Shown piece after piece: positions 8,946 to 18,345 of a DNA stretch of 64,000 bases; the first letter of the stretch is position 1, and every line of letters starts with the position of its first letter. The notes under the pieces are model-generated. The model was not told where the DNA came from, ran no database searches, and worked only from the letters and a program-made list of their open reading frames with translations. Origin of the DNA: a bacterium (GTDB lineage: Bacteria > JADJOY01). The stretch spans positions 1 to 64,000 of the forward strand of contig JAXLQJ010000008.1 in assembly GCA_046331705.1 (NCBI GenBank), given 5' to 3'. The position numbers were made by a program, and so were the translations under genes.

Positions 8946-10643
8946 ATGGCGCGCATCACCATCGATCCCATCACTCGCATCGAAGGCCATCTTCGTATCG
9001 ACGCCGTGGTCGAGAACGGCTCCGTGCACGAGGCGTGGGCCTCGTGCACGATGTGGCGCGGCATCGAGACCATCTTGCGCGGGCGCGATCCGCGCGAGGC
9101 GTGGATCTTCGCGCAGCGCTTCTGCGGGGTGTGCACGACGGTGCACGCCATCGCCTCGGTGCGCGCGATGGAGGATGCGCTCAGGCTCGAGATCCCGCTC
9201 AACGCCCAGTACATCCGGAACCTCATCCTGATCGCGCACGCGCTGCACGATCACATCGTTCACTTCTACCACCTGTCGGCGCTCGACTTCGTGGACGTGA
9301 CGACGATCCCCAAGGCCGACCCCGCGCAGGCGTCCACCATCGCGGAGAGCCTCTCCGAGTGGCCGGGCAACTCGCGACCCGAGATGAAACGCGTGCAGGA
9401 CAAGGTCGTCGCCCTGGTGGAGAGCGGACAGCTCGGCATCTTCGCGAACGGCTACTGGGGACACCCGGCGATGAAGCTGCCGCCCGAGGTGAGCCTGTTG
9501 GCCCTCGCCCACTACCTCCAGGCGCTCGACTTCCAGCGCAAGTCGAACCAGGTGGTCGGCATCCTGGGCGGCAAGACGCCGCACATCCAGAACCTCGCCG
9601 TGGGCGGCGTGATGAACGCCATCAACCTCGACAGCCTCGCGGCCCTCAACATGGACCGCCTCTACATGATGAAGGACCTCCTGGACGAGGTGATCGGCTT
9701 CGTTAAGCAGGTCTATTTCCCCGACGCGTGCGCGATCGCGGCGTTCCACCCCGAGTGGTTCGGCATCGGCGCAGGCATCCGCAACTACCTGACGGTGCCC
9801 GACCTCCCGACCGACACCGGCTCCACCCAATTCGATCTGCCGGGCGGCACGATCTTCGACGGCAAGCTCGATCAGGTGCACGCGATCGGCGGCGCCCGCG
9901 ACGAGTACTTCCGCCAAGCCGTGGTCGAGGACGTCACCCACGGCTGGTACCAGGGACGCGGCGCGCAGCACCCGTGGAAGGGCGAGACCGAGCCCGAGTA
10001 CACGGACTTCCAGCCGGACGGGAAATACTCGTGGGTGAAGGCACCGCGCTTCGACGGCAAGGCGATGCAGGTGGGGCCGCTCGCCAACGTGCTGGTCGGC
10101 TACGCGCTCGGTCATCCGCTCATCCGCAAGTGGACGGATCTGGCACTGGCGCAAGTCAGCGCGATCGCGAAGCGGCCGGTCACGGTCGACGACCTTCACT
10201 CCACGATGGGGCGTTACCTGGCGCGCGCGATCCGCTGCGCCGTGCTCGCCGACCTCGCGATCGAGCATTGGCAACGACTGGTGAAGAACATCACGAGCGG
10301 CGACACCACCACGTACCATCCGCCGACCTTCTTCCGCGCTCCGGTCGAGGGCATGGGCTTCCACGAGGCGCCGCGCGGCACGCTCTCGCACTGGGTGGTG
10401 CTCGACAAGAAGGTGATCGCCAACTATCAGGCCGTGGTTCCCACGACCTGGAACGCGAGCCCGCGTGACGAGAAGTCGGCACCCGGCCCGTACGAGGCGG
10501 CGCTGGTCGGCACGCCGGTCGCGAACGCCGAGCAACCACTCGAGATCCTGCGCACGGTGCATTCGTTCGACCCGTGCATGGCGTGCGCCTGCCACACGCT
10601 GGACGTGGAAGGCCGGACGATCGCCACGGTGAAGGCCGCATGA
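8946..10643 (+). CDS. hybC: [NiFe]-hydrogenase large subunit (group 1c, Hyd-2-like)
   Basis: IDPITRIEGH, L1 QRFCGVC, L2 SFDPCMACACH followed by a cleavable C-terminal extension. Confidence 0.97.
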   Translation: MARITIDPITRIEGHLRIDAVVENGSVHEAWASCTMWRGIETILRGRDPREAWIFAQRFCGVCTTVHAIASVRAMEDALRLEIPLNAQYIRNLILIAHALHDHIVHFYHLSALDFVDVTTIPKADPAQASTIAESLSEWPGNSRPEMKRVQDKVVALVESGQLGIFANGYWGHPAMKLPPEVSLLALAHYLQALDFQRKSNQVVGILGGKTPHIQNLAVGGVMNAINLDSLAALNMDRLYMMKDLLDEVIGFVKQVYFPDACAIAAFHPEWFGIGAGIRNYLTVPDLPTDTGSTQFDLPGGTIFDGKLDQVHAIGGARDEYFRQAVVEDVTHGWYQGRGAQHPWKGETEPEYTDFQPDGKYSWVKAPRFDGKAMQVGPLANVLVGYALGHPLIRKWTDLALAQVSAIAKRPVTVDDLHSTMGRYLARAIRCAVLADLAIEHWQRLVKNITSGDTTTYHPPTFFRAPVEGMGFHEAPRGTLSHWVVLDKKVIANYQAVVPTTWNASPRDEKSAPGPYEAALVGTPVANAEQPLEILRTVHSFDPCMACACHTLDVEGRTIATVKAA

Positions 10644-11194
10644 GGGGCTACGTCGCGACGACCGCGGTGGAGCCGATCGCCGTCGTCGGGCTCGGCAACG
10701 TGCTGCTCGGGGACGATGGCTTCGGCCCGACGGTGATCGAATGGCTGCGGGCGCGCTGGCGCCTGCCGCGCGAGGTCGAGCTGATCGACGCGGGCACGCC
10801 GGGGCTCGATCTGGCGTCGTACCTGATCGAGCGCGAGTGCGTGGTGCTCGTCGACACCGTCGCGGCCACGGGCGAGCCCGGCGAGCTACGGCTCTACCGC
10901 GGCGACGAGCTCAGGCGCTTGCCGCTCAAGCCCCGCGTGAGCCCACACGATCCGGCGCTCGGCGAGGCGCTCGGCATCGCGGAGCTCTCTGGCGTGGCGC
11001 CCCGCGAGCTGATGCTGGTGGGCGTGATCCCGGAGACCGTGGCCGCGAGCACCCAGCTCAGCGCGCGGGTTCGTCAGTCGGTCGCCGCCGCGACGACGCT
11101 CGTGCTCGCCGAGCTGGCGCGAGTCGGGGTGAACGCCGAGGCCCTTCCCCAGCCCGCAGCCGGTCCGCCGTGGTGGAGCGTCGCGCATGCCTGA
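10640..11194 (+). CDS. hybD: Hydrogenase maturation endopeptidase
   Basis: ATGA overlap with hybC; GLGNVLLGDDGFG, IDAGT, VDTV, SPHD motifs. Confidence 0.93.
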   Translation: MRGYVATTAVEPIAVVGLGNVLLGDDGFGPTVIEWLRARWRLPREVELIDAGTPGLDLASYLIERECVVLVDTVAATGEPGELRLYRGDELRRLPLKPRVSPHDPALGEALGIAELSGVAPRELMLVGVIPETVAASTQLSARVRQSVAAATTLVLAELARVGVNAEALPQPAAGPPWWSVAHA

Positions 11195-11352
11195 GCCGCG
11201 GCTACGACTGAGCCACTCGCGGGGGCACCAGCGCACCATCCGGTGACGCGACGATCGTGGCCGGACGGTGGGGAGCGCCACGATGCGGTGACGCTCGCCC
11301 GCGCCCCCGATCGGAATGCGGCGAATTCGTAGCGAATCGCCGTCAGCCGTCG

Positions 11353-11368
11353 GGGTACGCGACTTGCT
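11353..11368 (+). promoter_or_regulatory. Putative sigma54 -24/-12 promoter of ccsBA
   Basis: GGGTACGCGACTTGCT = GG-N10-GC, close to TGGCACG-N4-TTGCT, 30 bp before the ATG at 11399. Confidence 0.65.
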
Positions 11369-11398
11369 CATCTTCGGCCCTTCCCCGGGGAGAGGGCC

Positions 11399-13702
11399 AT
11401 GAGAAAGCTGCTCGCGTCGTTGGCGTCGCTGAAGCTGGCGGTGTTGCTGCTGGTGTCGCTGCTGCTGGGGCTCGCGGCCGGCACGATCCTCGAGTCGGCG
11501 CGCGGCACGGAGACCGCCGGGCGTCTCGTCTACTACGCGTGGTGGTTCCTGGCGCTCGAGGCGATCTTCGCCGTCAACGTGCTCGCGTCGATCGCGACGC
11601 TCTTCCCGTGGGGCAATCAGCGGGTGGGATTTCTCACCACCCACGGCGCGTTGCTGGTGATCCTGATCGGCTCGGCGCTCACGTACTTCTTCAAGAGCGA
11701 AGGGCGCGTCTTCCTGTGGGAAGGCGAGAGCGCCAACGAGATCGCGAGCTACGACGACCAGGGCAACGTTCTCGCGCGCGCCACCTTGCCGTTCACGGTG
11801 ACGCTCGAGGACTTCCGCGTGAGCTACTACCCCGGCACGATGCGCCCCGCGAACTTCCGCAGTGACGTGCGCATCGCCGACCCCGACGGCCGCACGTTCT
11901 CGGCCGGGATCTGGATGAATCATCCGCTCGCGCACCAGGGGTGGCACCTCTTCCAGTCGAGCTACCGCCAGGAACAAGGTCGCGAGGCGACCGTGCTCTC
12001 GGTTTCCAAGGACCCGGGGCAGCTGGTGGTGTTCGTGGGCTACGGGCTCTTGGTGATCGGCATGTGCATCGTGCTCGGCACCCGCATCTCGCAGACGCGC
12101 GTGCGGAACGAGCGCTTGGCGGCGCTGCGCAAGAGCCGCGGCGCGCGCGTGAGCGGCACTGCGCTGGGCGTGCTGCTCGCGCTCGTGGCGGCACTCGCCG
12201 GGCCGGCACCGGCACAAGCGCGCGACGCCACGACGTCGGCGCTGGCGCGGCTGCCGGTGCAGCACGATGGTCGCGTGATGCCGTTCGATACGCTGGCCCG
12301 CGAGGCGGTGTGGAACGTCACGGGCGAGTCGAGCTGGCAAGGGCGCGATGCCGTGACGTTCGTCGCCGCGTGGAGCGCGAACCCGGCGGTCGCTGCCAAG
12401 GATCCGATGGTGAAGGTCGGCAATCGGGAGCTGGCGGCGGCGGCCGGCTTGCCCGCCGGAGTCACCCACGCCTCGTTCCAGCAATTGGTGTCGAGCCGCG
12501 CCGTGCTCGAGCTGATCGGCAAGGCGCGCCAGCAAGCCGAGGCGCGGATCCCGCGGCAGGGAGTCGTGGCCGCGGCGGAGAAGCTCGAAGGTCGGCTGGT
12601 TTGGCTGCAGGGGTTCCTCGATCGCGAGTCGATCCGCTCGCTGGCGCCCGCAGACGACGTCGACCAACGCTGGAGCGCACCTGCCACGCAGAGCATCGAG
12701 TCGCTCGTCGCGCTCGCGAACGGGCCGCGGCTCGCGGGCTGGCCGTCCACCGCGGCGATCGAGCGCGAGATCACCTACAACGGGGTGCGCCCGCTGCGAA
12801 TCGCGTGGATCGTCATGGGTGCAGCGCTCGGGATCTCGCTCTTCGCGTGGAACCGCGAATCCAAGCTACTGGGTGCGCTCTCGTTCGCGGGGCTGGCGGC
12901 AGGATTCGCGGTGCTCACGTGGGCCATCGGCACGCGCTGGGCGGTGGCGGGACGGATACCCGCGTCCAACATGTTCGAGTCGCTGCTCTTCCTCGCGTGG
13001 GGCGTCGGGCTCTTCGCCGTGATCGCGTTCGCGCTGCTGCGCAATCGCTTGGTGGTGCTCAACGCCAACGCGATGTCGGCGCTCACCCTCGCGCTCACCG
13101 ATCTGCTGCCGATCGACGGATTCATCCACCCGGTGGCGCCGGTGCTGGCCGGCACCGCCTGGCTCGCCATCCACGTGCCGATCATCATGGTGAGCTACGC
13201 GGTGCTGGCGCTGGGGGTGGTCATCGCGCACATGCAGGTGGGCTACACGATCCTGGCGCCCCGGCGCGGCGAGCTCATCGAGCGCATGAGCGAGCTCCAT
13301 TACTGGTACGTGATGATCGGCTCGATCTTGCTCATCACCGGCATCCTCACCGGCTCGATGTGGGCGGCGTCGTCGTGGGGACGCTACTGGGGCTGGGACC
13401 CGAAGGAGGTGTGGTCGCTGGTGGCGTTCCTGGCCTACCTGGCGATCCTGCACGCGCGCTGGAACGGGATGTTGGGACGGTTCGGCGTCGCCGCCTGGAG
13501 CATCGTGGCGTTCCAGACGATCTTGATGACCTACCTAGGCGTGAACTTCGTGCTCACCAGCGGCATGCACTCCTACGCGTTCGGCGACTCACCGATCGCG
13601 ACGTGGATGGTCGCCGTGGCCACCGCCGAGCTGGCGTTCCTCACAGCAGGACTCGTGGCGCACCGCCGGAACGAGCGTGCGGCACTCGCTCACGTGCGCT
13701 GA
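11399..13702 (+). CDS. ccsA: Fused system II cytochrome c synthase CcsB(ResB)-CcsA(ResC)
   Basis: N-terminal ResB-like region (THGALLVILIG, MNHPL..FQSSY); C-terminal WLAIHV, WWD domain WGRYWGWDPKEVWSL and GMHSYA. Confidence 0.92.
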   Translation: MRKLLASLASLKLAVLLLVSLLLGLAAGTILESARGTETAGRLVYYAWWFLALEAIFAVNVLASIATLFPWGNQRVGFLTTHGALLVILIGSALTYFFKSEGRVFLWEGESANEIASYDDQGNVLARATLPFTVTLEDFRVSYYPGTMRPANFRSDVRIADPDGRTFSAGIWMNHPLAHQGWHLFQSSYRQEQGREATVLSVSKDPGQLVVFVGYGLLVIGMCIVLGTRISQTRVRNERLAALRKSRGARVSGTALGVLLALVAALAGPAPAQARDATTSALARLPVQHDGRVMPFDTLAREAVWNVTGESSWQGRDAVTFVAAWSANPAVAAKDPMVKVGNRELAAAAGLPAGVTHASFQQLVSSRAVLELIGKARQQAEARIPRQGVVAAAEKLEGRLVWLQGFLDRESIRSLAPADDVDQRWSAPATQSIESLVALANGPRLAGWPSTAAIEREITYNGVRPLRIAWIVMGAALGISLFAWNRESKLLGALSFAGLAAGFAVLTWAIGTRWAVAGRIPASNMFESLLFLAWGVGLFAVIAFALLRNRLVVLNANAMSALTLALTDLLPIDGFIHPVAPVLAGTAWLAIHVPIIMVSYAVLALGVVIAHMQVGYTILAPRRGELIERMSELHYWYVMIGSILLITGILTGSMWAASSWGRYWGWDPKEVWSLVAFLAYLAILHARWNGMLGRFGVAAWSIVAFQTILMTYLGVNFVLTSGMHSYAFGDSPIATWMVAVATAELAFLTAGLVAHRRNERAALAHVR

Positions 13703-13721
13703 CGCCGAGGCCCGTGGCGGC

Positions 13722-14603
13722 TCAGATGTCGTCGGGGCGAGCGCAGCGGAAGCCGGTGGATGGGGTCGAGTAGGACGGCGGCACGCTGTTGCGATTCGCG
13801 AGACGCTGGTAGCTGAAGTCGTGGAACCACGAGCCGCCGCGCACGATTCGCGTCGTCCCCGTCGCCGGCCCCGTGGGATTCGTGGCGGGGCTCGTCGCGT
13901 AATACGTCGCGTCGTACCAGTCGCTCACCCACTCCCACACGTTTCCGGCCATGTCGTAGCCGCCGTAGACCGAGAGCCCCGCGGGCTTCAGGCCTACGAC
14001 ATCCGTCTGATCGGCGCCGCAGCCGGTGCCGCCGGCGAGATCGTCGGACATCACGGCGTAGTCGCAGCTGGCCTCCGTATCACCCCACGGATACGTGCGG
14101 GAATCGAGGGCGCCACGCGCCGCCTTCTCCCACTCGGCCTCGGTCGGAAGGCGCTTCGACGCCCAGGTGCAGTACGCGGTCGCCTTCGCGCGATCGATGC
14201 AGTTGACGGGATGGGAGCCGCGCCCGGGCGCGCCGTAGTTGCAGTAGTCGTTGGTGCCGAAGACCCCGTTCGGATCGACGCAGGCCGTGTCGGCGACGCA
14301 CGATAGGTAGTCGTCGACCGTGACCTCGTGACGGTCGATCCAGAACGCGCTCAGCGTGATGGTGTGGACCGGCTGTTCGTCGGACTGCCCATCGTTCGAG
14401 CCCATCGTGAACGCACCGGCCGGCACGAAGACCATGTCCGGATCGCACGTCGCCGCAGGCACGCTCGCGTTCCACGCGCATGCGTCCGCCGACTCGAAGC
14501 CGTTTTGGTAGACGAGGACCTCGACGGCGCGCGCCGTTCCGGCGCTGGCGAGGAGGCCCGCCACGATCCCGGGGATGAACCAGAACGAGATCTGCTTCGT
14601 CAT
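13722..14603 (-). CDS. Secreted formylglycine-generating-enzyme (SUMF1/FGE-sulfatase) family protein, likely non-catalytic
   Basis: ATG at 14603 with GAGGTGAGG RBS; signal peptide; VPAGAFTMGS, RLPTEAEWEKAARG, YDMAGNVWEW, RGGSW, GFRCAR. Lacks the FGE CxxYC active-site motif. Confidence 0.88.
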   Translation of the reverse strand: MTKQISFWFIPGIVAGLLASAGTARAVEVLVYQNGFESADACAWNASVPAATCDPDMVFVPAGAFTMGSNDGQSDEQPVHTITLSAFWIDRHEVTVDDYLSCVADTACVDPNGVFGTNDYCNYGAPGRGSHPVNCIDRAKATAYCTWASKRLPTEAEWEKAARGALDSRTYPWGDTEASCDYAVMSDDLAGGTGCGADQTDVVGLKPAGLSVYGGYDMAGNVWEWVSDWYDATYYATSPATNPTGPATGTTRIVRGGSWFHDFSYQRLANRNSVPPSYSTPSTGFRCARPDDI

Positions 14604-14920
14604 CGTTGCCTCACCTCGAGGGGTGCGCGCGAACCGCGGCGCCGTGCTCGACCCGGAGCGCAGCGTACCAGCTCCGCGCTCGCCGCCATCCGCCCGACAC
14701 GCCCCGACACGACGATTCGCCGCCCCGGGTCCGCGGGACGCTCCGCGGCGTGCCTGCGCCTGGAGGACCGGCATTGGCGCTCCTGGGCCAGCGCCGCGTC
14801 TTCCACGAGGTGCCTGCGGCGCCAGGCGCGCGCCGCAGCTCGCGCGCGAGCCCTCGAAAAGGCGTGTCGGCGCAGCGCTCGCGGCTCGACGCCAGCGCGC
14901 TGTCCGCTCGCGCGGCGAAC

Positions 14921-14936
14921 GGGTGCGGAAATTGCT
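14921..14936 (+). promoter_or_regulatory. Putative sigma54 -24/-12 promoter of the transglutaminase operon
   Basis: GGGTGCGGAAATTGCT = GG-N10-GC with TTGCT, upstream of the GGGGAGG RBS and ATG at 14963. Confidence 0.55.
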
Positions 14937-14962
14937 CAGCCGATCCCTCTTGGGGAGGATCC

Positions 14963-17900
14963 ATGGCGATCCGCGTCGCTCTACACCATCGAACCCGCTA
15001 CCGTTACGACCGGCGAGTCCGCCTCGGACCGCAGATCATCCGGCTTCGTCCGGCGCCCCACAGCCCCATTGCGATTCCGAGCTATTCGCTCCGGATTCGA
15101 CCCGAGCAGCACTTCCTCAACTGGCAGCAGGATCCCCAGGGGAACTTCCTGGCGCGGGTGGTCGTCCCCGAGCCCACCACCGAGCTCGAGATCGACGTCG
15201 ACCTGACGGCGGACATCCTCGCCATCAATCCCTTCGACTTCTTCCTCGAGCCCGAGAGCGAGAAGTATCCGTTCCGCTACGAGCCGTGGCTGGCCAAGGA
15301 GCTGGCCCCGTTCCTCGAGGTTCAGCCTCCCGGCCCTCGGCTCACCCGCTGGCTCGCCACGGTGGACCGCGGCACGCAAGGCATCGTGGACATGCTGGTG
15401 GCGCTCAACCAGCGCCTCTCCCACGACGTGCGCTACGTGATCCGCATGGAGCCGGGAGTGCAGAGCTGCGAGGAAACGCTTTCCCTCGCCACCGGCTCGT
15501 GCCGCGACAGTGCCTGGCTCCTGGTGCAGATCTTGCGCAATCTGGGGCTCGCGGCGCGCTTCGCGTCCGGCTACTTGATCCAGCTGGTCGCCGACGAGAA
15601 ACCTCTCGAGGGCCCCGCCGGACCCACCCACGACTTCACCGACCTGCACGCGTGGGCCGAGGTCTACCTGCCGGGCGGCGGCTGGATCGGCCTCGATCCC
15701 ACCTCCGGGCTCTTCGCGGGTGAGGGGCACATTCCGCTCGCGTGCACTCCCGATCCCGTCAGCGCGGCACCCATCTCGGGCCTCGTCGACGAATGCGAGG
15801 TGGAGTTCGAGCACACCATGGCGGTGTCGCGCATCCACGAGGACCCACGCGTCACCAAGCCCTACAGCGACGACCAATGGCAGGCGATCGAAGCGCTCGG
15901 GCACCGCGTCGATGGCGACCTCGACGCGCTCGACGTGCGCCTCACCATGGGCGGCGAGCCGACCTTCGTGTCCATCGACGACATGGAAGGCGAGGAGTGG
16001 AACACCACGGCGCTCGGCCCCACCAAGCGGCTGCTCGCGGGTGAGCTCGTTCATCGCCTTCGCGAGCGATTCGCGCCAGGCGCGCTGCTCCACTTCGGCC
16101 AGGGCAAGTGGTACCCGGGAGAATCGCTGCCGCGCTGGGCGCTCGGCTGCTGGTGGCGGCGCGACGGCCTGCCGGTATGGCGGAACCCAGCGCTCATCGC
16201 CGACGAGCGCCTCGACCTCGGCCACGGCGACGCCGAGGCGAAGCGCTTCGTCACCGCGCTCGCGGAGCGCCTGAACGTCGACGCGCGATTCGCGATCCCG
16301 GGCTACGAGGACACCTGGTACTGGCTCTGGCGCGAGCGCCGCTTGCCGGTGAACGTGGACCCACACGACTCGCGCCTCGACGACGCCGAAGAGCGGGCGC
16401 GGATGGCGCGCGTCTTCGAGCACGGCCTCGGCAAGCCGGTCGGTTACGCGTTGCCGCTGACGCGCCTCGGCGGCCCGGAAGGATTGCGTTGGGCGAGCGG
16501 TCCGTGGTTCGTGCGCGCCGAGCGGCTCTACCTGATCCCCGGCGACTCGCCGATGGGCTATCGCTTGCCGCTCGACTCGCTGCCCTGGATCGCCGAGAGC
16601 GCACGCGACGCCTGGGTTCCGCTCGATCCGTTCACGCCGCTGCCGGCGCTACCCGTGCCTCCGGGGCTGCAGCCCCTCGCGCCTCCGCGTCGTCCCACGA
16701 GCGCCGCACGGGTGACCCTGCAACGCGACGGCGGGGCGCGGCGCGCCACGGAGCCCGAGCCGCCGTGGCGCCCCTTCCAGCCCGAGGCCGGCACGTGGGT
16801 GATCCGCACTGCGGTCTGCATCGAGCCGCGTAACGGACGGCTGCACGTGTTCATGCCGCCGATCCGCATCACCGAGGACTACCTGGAGCTCGTGACGGCG
16901 ATCGAGGACACCGCCGCCGCGCTGGCGCTGCCGGTGGTCGTCGAGGGTTACAAGCCGCCGGGCGACCCGCGCCTCGCATCCCTCGAGGTGACGCCCGATC
17001 CCGGCGTGATCGAGGTGAACGTGCAGCCGGCGCGGAGCTGGGACGAGCTCTGCCGCATCGTCACCGGGCTCTACGAGGACGCGCGGCTTTCTCGCCTCGG
17101 CACGGAGAAGTTCATGCTCGACGGGCGCCACACCGGCACCGGCGGCGGCAACCACGTGGTGCTCGGCGGGCCGACGGTGGGCGAGAGCCCGTTCCTGCGC
17201 CGCCCCGACTTGCTGCGCAGCCTGGTCGGCTACTGGCTCAATCATCCGTCGCTCTCGTACGTCTTCTCCGGGCTCTTCATCGGCCCCACCAGCCAGGCGC
17301 CGCGGATCGACGAGGCGCGCAACGACGCGATCCACGAGCTCGAGCTGGCGTTCCGCGAGATCCCCGAGCCGGGCGAGGAGCCCTGCCCGCCGTGGCTGGT
17401 GGATCGCGTGCTGCGAAACCTGCTCACGGACGTGACCGGCAACACCCATCGCACCGAGTTCTGCATCGACAAGCTCTATTCGCCCGACGGCGTGGACGCG
17501 CGCCGCGGGTTGGTCGAGATGCGCGCCTTCGAGATGCCTCCCCACGCGCGCATGAGCCTGGCGCAGCAGCTGCTGTTGCGGGCGCTGGTGGCGCGCTTCT
17601 GGCGCGAGCCGTACCGAGCGCCGCTGGTGCGCTGGGGAACCACGCTCCACGATCGGTTCCTGTTGCCGTACTTCGTGGACCAGGACTTCCGCGACGTGCT
17701 CGAGGAGCTGGCCCTCGCCGGCTATCCCTTCGAGCGCGCGTGGTACGACCCGCATTTCGAGTTCCGCTTCCCGGTGCTCGGCACCGTCGCGCACCGCGGC
17801 GTGTCGCTCGAGCTGCGCCAGGCGATCGAACCGTGGCACGTCCTCGGCGAGGAAGCGGGCGGCGGAGGCACGGTGCGCTACGTCGACTCGTCGGTCGAGC

Positions 17901-18304
17901 GCGTCCAGGTGCTGGTGCGCGGCATGACCGATCCGCGCCACGCCGTCACCGTCAACGGCCACGCGCTGCCGCTTCACCCGACCGGCGCGGCGGGCGAGTT
18001 CGTGGCGGGCGTGCGTTACCGCGCGTGGCAGCCACCCGCGTGCCTGCACCCGACCATCCCGGTGGACAGCCCCCTCACCTTCGACCTGGTCGACACCTGG
18101 CTTGGGCGCTCGCTGGGCGGCTGCGTGTACTACGTGTCACACCCCGGCGGACGGAGCTATGACGTGTTCCCGGTGAACGCACGCGAGAGCGAGGCGCGAC
18201 GCGCCACGCGCTTCGCGCGCATCAACCACACGCCCGGCGTGCTGCGGCCCACCTCGCTGCCGCCAGGAATCGAGCACCCGCTGACCCTCGACCTGCGTCG
18301 CTGA
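14963..18304 (+). CDS. Transglutaminase-like domain plus DUF2126 (putative amidoligase) protein
   Basis: MAIRVALHHRTRYRYD, GSCRDSAWL, DLHAWAEVYLPGGGWIGLDPTSG, LTMGGEPTFVS, TPDPGVIEVN, TGTGGGNH, GNTHRTEFCIDKL. Confidence 0.92.
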   Translation: MAIRVALHHRTRYRYDRRVRLGPQIIRLRPAPHSPIAIPSYSLRIRPEQHFLNWQQDPQGNFLARVVVPEPTTELEIDVDLTADILAINPFDFFLEPESEKYPFRYEPWLAKELAPFLEVQPPGPRLTRWLATVDRGTQGIVDMLVALNQRLSHDVRYVIRMEPGVQSCEETLSLATGSCRDSAWLLVQILRNLGLAARFASGYLIQLVADEKPLEGPAGPTHDFTDLHAWAEVYLPGGGWIGLDPTSGLFAGEGHIPLACTPDPVSAAPISGLVDECEVEFEHTMAVSRIHEDPRVTKPYSDDQWQAIEALGHRVDGDLDALDVRLTMGGEPTFVSIDDMEGEEWNTTALGPTKRLLAGELVHRLRERFAPGALLHFGQGKWYPGESLPRWALGCWWRRDGLPVWRNPALIADERLDLGHGDAEAKRFVTALAERLNVDARFAIPGYEDTWYWLWRERRLPVNVDPHDSRLDDAEERARMARVFEHGLGKPVGYALPLTRLGGPEGLRWASGPWFVRAERLYLIPGDSPMGYRLPLDSLPWIAESARDAWVPLDPFTPLPALPVPPGLQPLAPPRRPTSAARVTLQRDGGARRATEPEPPWRPFQPEAGTWVIRTAVCIEPRNGRLHVFMPPIRITEDYLELVTAIEDTAAALALPVVVEGYKPPGDPRLASLEVTPDPGVIEVNVQPARSWDELCRIVTGLYEDARLSRLGTEKFMLDGRHTGTGGGNHVVLGGPTVGESPFLRRPDLLRSLVGYWLNHPSLSYVFSGLFIGPTSQAPRIDEARNDAIHELELAFREIPEPGEEPCPPWLVDRVLRNLLTDVTGNTHRTEFCIDKLYSPDGVDARRGLVEMRAFEMPPHARMSLAQQLLLRALVARFWREPYRAPLVRWGTTLHDRFLLPYFVDQDFRDVLEELALAGYPFERAWYDPHFEFRFPVLGTVAHRGVSLELRQAIEPWHVLGEEAGGGGTVRYVDSSVERVQVLVRGMTDPRHAVTVNGHALPLHPTGAAGEFVAGVRYRAWQPPACLHPTIPVDSPLTFDLVDTWLGRSLGGCVYYVSHPGGRSYDVFPVNARESEARRATRFARINHTPGVLRPTSLPPGIEHPLTLDLRR

Positions 18305-18345
18305 TCCGCTCGGCCCCTCTTCCCCGCTCCCCCGCGAGATCGCCC

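Noticed and set aside
5587-10643. O2-tolerant or [NiFeSe] hydrogenase
   Set aside because: The small subunit has CTGC (no supernumerary Cys) and the large subunit L2 motif is all Cys with no in-frame TGA.
13722-13860. FGE/C-lectin-fold C-terminus as a diversity-generating retroelement target
   Set aside because: No template repeat or reverse transcriptase is seen in the window.
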